A stretch of 63,430 nucleotides of DNA, counting the filler, from Dirinaria sp. TL-2023a (lineage: Eukaryota), in NCBI GenBank assembly GCA_051941275.1. It is 19 parts of 19 records of this genome, joined end to end, with 100 filler letters (N's around TTAATTAATTAA, not from the genome) between each part and the next. Parts side by side here need not be neighbours in the genome. Positions count along the whole stretch, not along the records: positions 56,935 to 60,137 come from JAVEBF010002096.1; positions 60,238 to 63,430 come from JAVEBF010002097.1; 17 more parts are not named here. One strand, 5' to 3'. Shown piece after piece: positions 59,385 to 63,430 of the stretch. The notes under the pieces are model-generated. The model saw nothing but the letters and a program-made list of their open reading frames with translations. It searched no databases and was not told the DNA's origin. Made by a program: the position numbers and the translations under genes. The stretch's first letter is position 1, and each line of letters starts with the position of its first letter.

Positions 59385-60734
59385 CTCGTTACTTACTGAC
59401 TTGCGTCAGACTTTCGCGATGGTCAATTACTCGACGGCATTTCGGTGCGTGCGCTGCTTGTCCACTGTCCAGAAAAGGAATGGCGATGGGGAAGTGGTGC
59501 AGAATGAACAAGTGAGCAAAACCCTATCGTTCATTCTATTTGGTTTTGCTTGACGTAGGCCCCTACCACGAATCTGTACTACTACCTTACAGGGCCTGAA
59601 GCTACAGTACAGTAGCGCTCGTACCTTAGGTAAGGTAAGGTACCGAGGTTACCTACATTATTAAGGTAGCTACCTTACTGGAAGTACTGCTAGTACCTAA
59701 GGTAGCCCTATGAGGCGGGAACACGCACCAAAGGATTCCCGAGGTGGGTTTTCTCCTTCTCGGTGGCTGCCGCCCATCGAAGCCTTACCTAAGGTACTAC
59801 TACTGTAGTCCAACATCTCCAACCCAGCAAAAAGCAATACTGTATCTCACTGTAGTACTAGTATCTGGTGAGATCTCACTACTACGGTATCCTTACAAAT
59901 CCTTCCCATGGCCTTGGGGCGAGGTGGTGCGAAGGGGTGCCAAGCATGGAGTGGTAGGGAGGATGGCCAGCAAATCGCAGTCCAGCAGGAGCCACCACTA
60001 AGGCACAAATAGGCACAAATAAGCACGAGTAGCACTTGCTCCAGTTCCCAATGGTGAAGTGGCATGGCTGACTGCATTATTCCTGCATTATTCCTGCATG
60101 CACATTGCGCTCCCGCACCCTCCTCCCCCCCTCCCCCNNNNNNNNNNNNNNNNNNNNNNNNNNNNNNNNNNNNNNNNNNNNTTAATTAATTAANNNNNNN
60201 NNNNNNNNNNNNNNNNNNNNNNNNNNNNNNNNNNNNNTTTTACCTTTCATGGCTGACGACCATCAGGGTCTCTCAAATTGGCGATAATGCTCAAAATCTT
60301 GACCGCCGTTTCGAAGAAGTCTTTGACGAGTAATCTTGACACATTATTAGGTAATCGACCCGAAGATTGCACTGCTAATCGGATTTTACGAAATTAAAGT
60401 ATAATCGCGGGAAGAAGACTGCGCAACTTTCCGCCTCCGTAGTGAATGGGCCAGTGTACTATGATTGTGCACAAAGCGTGATGGCCAGAGGGAGAGCGTT
60501 GTGGCTTGACTCGCATTCATCAAAGCTATCCATCGTTCAATGTTTCCGAAAGTCCAACTGCCGACGCATCTAAATTCTTTCAGTGACATATCATGTCCTT
60601 TTATCTTAAACCTTTTAGCAGTCTTCCTTTGAAGAGTTAGACCTTGCCCACAATTGAATTGGCCGAAATTTTGCGGCTGCAAAATTATGTCTCTTTCAAA
60701 GCAACAGTAAACATGAGCAGTGAACGAGAAGTAG

Positions 60735-62639
60735 CTACATACAATACATCGACACCAGGCATGCGCCAATACAATACGCTATCTTAGCAATTACAAGCCA
60801 CTGCGAAGGTCGGACACGCACTTGATCTTTCGCATGTCGTGTTGGTTGTGCCAGCTGAGTTGCAGGATCATGTTCAACGAGGCTTTTCCGAGTCAATGGC
60901 TCAGGCGGTTGGAATGCGTAAGATAACGGTATCCAGCAATCTGTGATGTAGGTCGACCACATTAGGAAAACCGGAGGCCAGGCTGCGCGCACAAAGAGGT
61001 GTTTCACAGCACTCCAGATGTTTACGGCCTCGGATGCTGCATTCGCCGAAGATACAACGCCTCCAATTATCGATGCGATTATTATCACATGCAGGATGAA
61101 TCCATCATCCCACAGAGCTACCTTGAGCCGGCGAGCAAAGGTCTTCGCTGTACGGAGGTCGGTCAAGCCACTGGGAGTAAATAACGGCACGCCGCCACCT
61201 GTGAGGATTGATAGCGCAAAGCGAACAATGGTCCAAAATTGATATGGCACTAGCCACGCATTGGACACACCCAGCAAACTGAGGTGGTAGTTCGCCGCTT
61301 TCGTCGCCAGGAAATCGTACGAGAAAATGGAAAGAAATTTAATCAAGAACAGGAGCGACAATCTTCGCAACTGGGTTTCGGTCGAGTACACCACCAGCGG
61401 CGCACCGATAAAAATTGCAACTGGCAATAGCACGATATCCATCATGGTGATGATGATTGACATCGCATATGCAACACTCATGAAGAGCGCACCATACAAC
61501 TGTTCCGGGGTCATACTCTGCGCTTGCGGGCTCCACAGGACTGCAGCAGTTGAGATGATGCCAGCACATGTTCGCTTCTGCTGCTTGAGATGTGAGGTGA
61601 TCGTGTTTGGTACAAGTCCCCATTGCACGTCCTCGGGAACGTACACGATCTTCCATCCGGCCGCAGTCAAGTAAGTAGACGTCATGATATCTTCGTTGAT
61701 GGACTCTTCAGGAACGCCTCCAATACCATCCAAGGCATCCCGACGAAGTACAAAACCGGTACCGCAGCACCAGGCAGCGTTTGTGGCATTCTTCAACGGT
61801 TCCATTACTTCGAATAGGATGTCCATCGTTTGTCCAAGTGGATCGCCATCGGGTATATTGTAATGACGCTGCGGCGGGTTGACTAGAGCGACCTTGGGCT
61901 CAGCCAGAATATGCGGCACCAGAGCTCGTAGCCAGTGCCGACTGGGCATCATGTCAACATCGAGTACAGCGACTAATTCGGAAGCACCACCTGAGAGAGC
62001 GGAACTGTATTTCAGACCGTAGTTCAGGTTCCCAGCCTTGGTATGGGTCTTGGGTTTTGTTCCCCTCGTCGTATAGTATACATTCTGTGTCTGAGACCCA
62101 AGCTTCTCGATCTCCGCCTTAATTTTGGCGGAAACACTGTCGTCTAGAACAATAACACGATATCTGTCTATTGGGTAATCCAGGGCGGTTGCCGCTCGGA
62201 CCGTGTCCATCAGCACATCGACTTCTTCTCCACAATAGGTAATGAAAACATCGACGGTTGGACACTCGTCGCCAACAAGACGTAGTAAAGGTTGCCGCTT
62301 TTCCTTCCCCATAGCCGAGAGAGCTAGGAGATGCGGTGTACCTGGCGGTACTGTAAAAGGGTCAGACAAGCCCGGAAAGACATACAAGCTGGATCGGAAG
62401 AACTCACTTGCATGGCCAAGCTGTATGGCAAACGAAAGCCACGCCGCTTTGAGAGCTGTGCCCGTCAAACCTCCGGCTTGCGCATCTAATATGCACTTCA
62501 ACGAGTACCCGAAGTATACCCAGCTGGACAGCATGGAGGCAAGTGCAGCTTTCGGAATGCGCTTCATATATTGCATCTGCTCAAGTGCTCTCTGTTTTTC
62601 GTATGGGTCGTCCAAAGGACGGACATTTGCTGCAGCCAT
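60735..62639 (-). CDS. Processive GT2 glycosyltransferase, cellulose-synthase-like (CelA/Tft1 type); in-frame intron 62351-62407
   Basis: VDVFITYCGEE, VIVLDDS, HTKAGNLNYGL, VLDVDMMP, PQRHYN, CCGTGFVLRRDALDGIGG, SINED, QQKRT; multiple C-terminal TM helices. Confidence 0.9.
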   Translation of the reverse strand: MAAANVRPLDDPYEKQRALEQMQYMKRIPKAALASMLSSWVYFGYSLKCILDAQAGGLTGTALKAAWLSFAIQLGHASEFFRSSLYVFPGLSDPFTVPPGTPHLLALSAMGKEKRQPLLRLVGDECPTVDVFITYCGEEVDVLMDTVRAATALDYPIDRYRVIVLDDSVSAKIKAEIEKLGSQTQNVYYTTRGTKPKTHTKAGNLNYGLKYSSALSGGASELVAVLDVDMMPSRHWLRALVPHILAEPKVALVNPPQRHYNIPDGDPLGQTMDILFEVMEPLKNATNAAWCCGTGFVLRRDALDGIGGVPEESINEDIMTSTYLTAAGWKIVYVPEDVQWGLVPNTITSHLKQQKRTCAGIISTAAVLWSPQAQSMTPEQLYGALFMSVAYAMSIIITMMDIVLLPVAIFIGAPLVVYSTETQLRRLSLLFLIKFLSIFSYDFLATKAANYHLSLLGVSNAWLVPYQFWTIVRFALSILTGGGVPLFTPSGLTDLRTAKTFARRLKVALWDDGFILHVIIIASIIGGVVSSANAASEAVNIWSAVKHLFVRAAWPPVFLMWSTYITDCWIPLSYAFQPPEPLTRKSLVEHDPATQLAQPTRHAKDQVRVRPSQWLVIAKIAYCIGACLVSMYCM

Positions 62640-63430
62640 CCTGAGAGTCGAACCTTCGAGCGTCAAGGTTCTGCTTCGATGTGCTGGCGTTGGTGTAAGA
62701 GCTGTTAGATCCTGCTTGCTGTAGGTAGAGCTTCTTCAGAGCCAGCTGCCACGCTTGGCTGCGAAGAAAATCACGACGACAGTAGATGCTGGCGAGATCG
62801 AAAGTCGACAGAGTCGAACGTGAAAACCAGCCTTACTCGTAAGGTTAAATGGAGGTAAGGCGAACGATCGAATTTGGCATTGTCGTACAAATACTTTATG
62901 TTGCTCGCCTTCTCGCAATGGCTACGATATCCTTTTCGAGACAATTCGGAGCCATCAGCCTTCTCGATTAGGTTCTCGCCGACGAAAGACCAATCAGCGT
63001 CAGACCCGGCATTAGACCCGGCGGTTAAAACGATCGGGGTTCTGAAATCACCCGAAACTCTAAGGCAGATAGGGTTTAGCCGCCGCTGCTTGGCACGTGC
63101 CTTACATTAGCGTCTCGATCCGCCTTCGATGAGACATAAAAGTATCGCCTGGCCCTGATAAAATCTACCTACGGTAAGGACCTCAGGTGCGGTCATGAGA
63201 GTGTTGTCATCCCAATCGATAGAAAGTACAAGGATCGGCAGTGATGTATTTCAGAACAATGTCCTCCATATCAGGGTCGCATTCCTGGGTAGATCTAGCC
63301 AGGAGTCGTAGAAGTGAGAAACAAGAATCCCATCATGGATTACGATCATAAGTGTAGGTACCCGCAGAAGCAGCGTAGGAGGAATTCATTCATTGCTTGG
63401 ACAATACGCGACAGAGTGTTATGGTCAGTC

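Noticed and set aside
3272..60237. Regularly spaced TTAATTAATTAA repeats every ~3.3 kb as a biological array
   Set aside because: Each sits in an identical N-padded 100-bp block, and the intervening segments are sorted by length. This is a concatenation linker.
1..63430. CRISPR arrays, rRNA/tRNA genes, prokaryotic operons or defence systems
   Set aside because: None seen. The DNA is intron-containing fungal sequence, and I recognised no repeat-spacer array or structural RNA signature by eye.

Overview
Eukaryotic (fungal, Pezizomycotina-type) DNA. The window is not one locus: it is 19 unrelated ~3.2-kb contigs joined in descending size order (3271 to 3193 bp) by 18 artificial 100-bp spacers (N44-TTAATTAATTAA-N44), so adjacency across spacers means nothing. 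Recognisable genes, most with short spliceosomal introns: a DHA1 MFS drug:H+ antiporter, a tandem F-box-like protein, JIP5 (partial), UTP18 (partial, GC-AG intron), a Lys-rich H1-like protein, a Zn-Cys6-type protein, the Msb2 signalling mucin (partial), PEX11 (3' part), a long coiled-coil protein, a PhoD phosphatase, a CelA/Tft1-like GT2 glucan synthase with an altered QxxRW motif, and a PHO84-like transporter with a premature stop. Three contigs are dead LTR retrotransposons (one Gypsy gag-protease, two nested chromodomain Gypsy 3' ends, one Copia) hypermutated mainly at CpC (CC>TC / GG>GA) rather than the classical RIP CpA context. Best candidates for novelty: the CpC-biased hypermutation; a tandem trio of small Met-Gly-initiated single-pass membrane proteins, two sharing MGSxxSK-TM-REERNxxxIxxFxG; a large intron-containing beta-rich plus coiled-coil protein of unknown function; and the GT2 with QQKRT in place of QxxRW. 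All calls are by eye; no searches were run.
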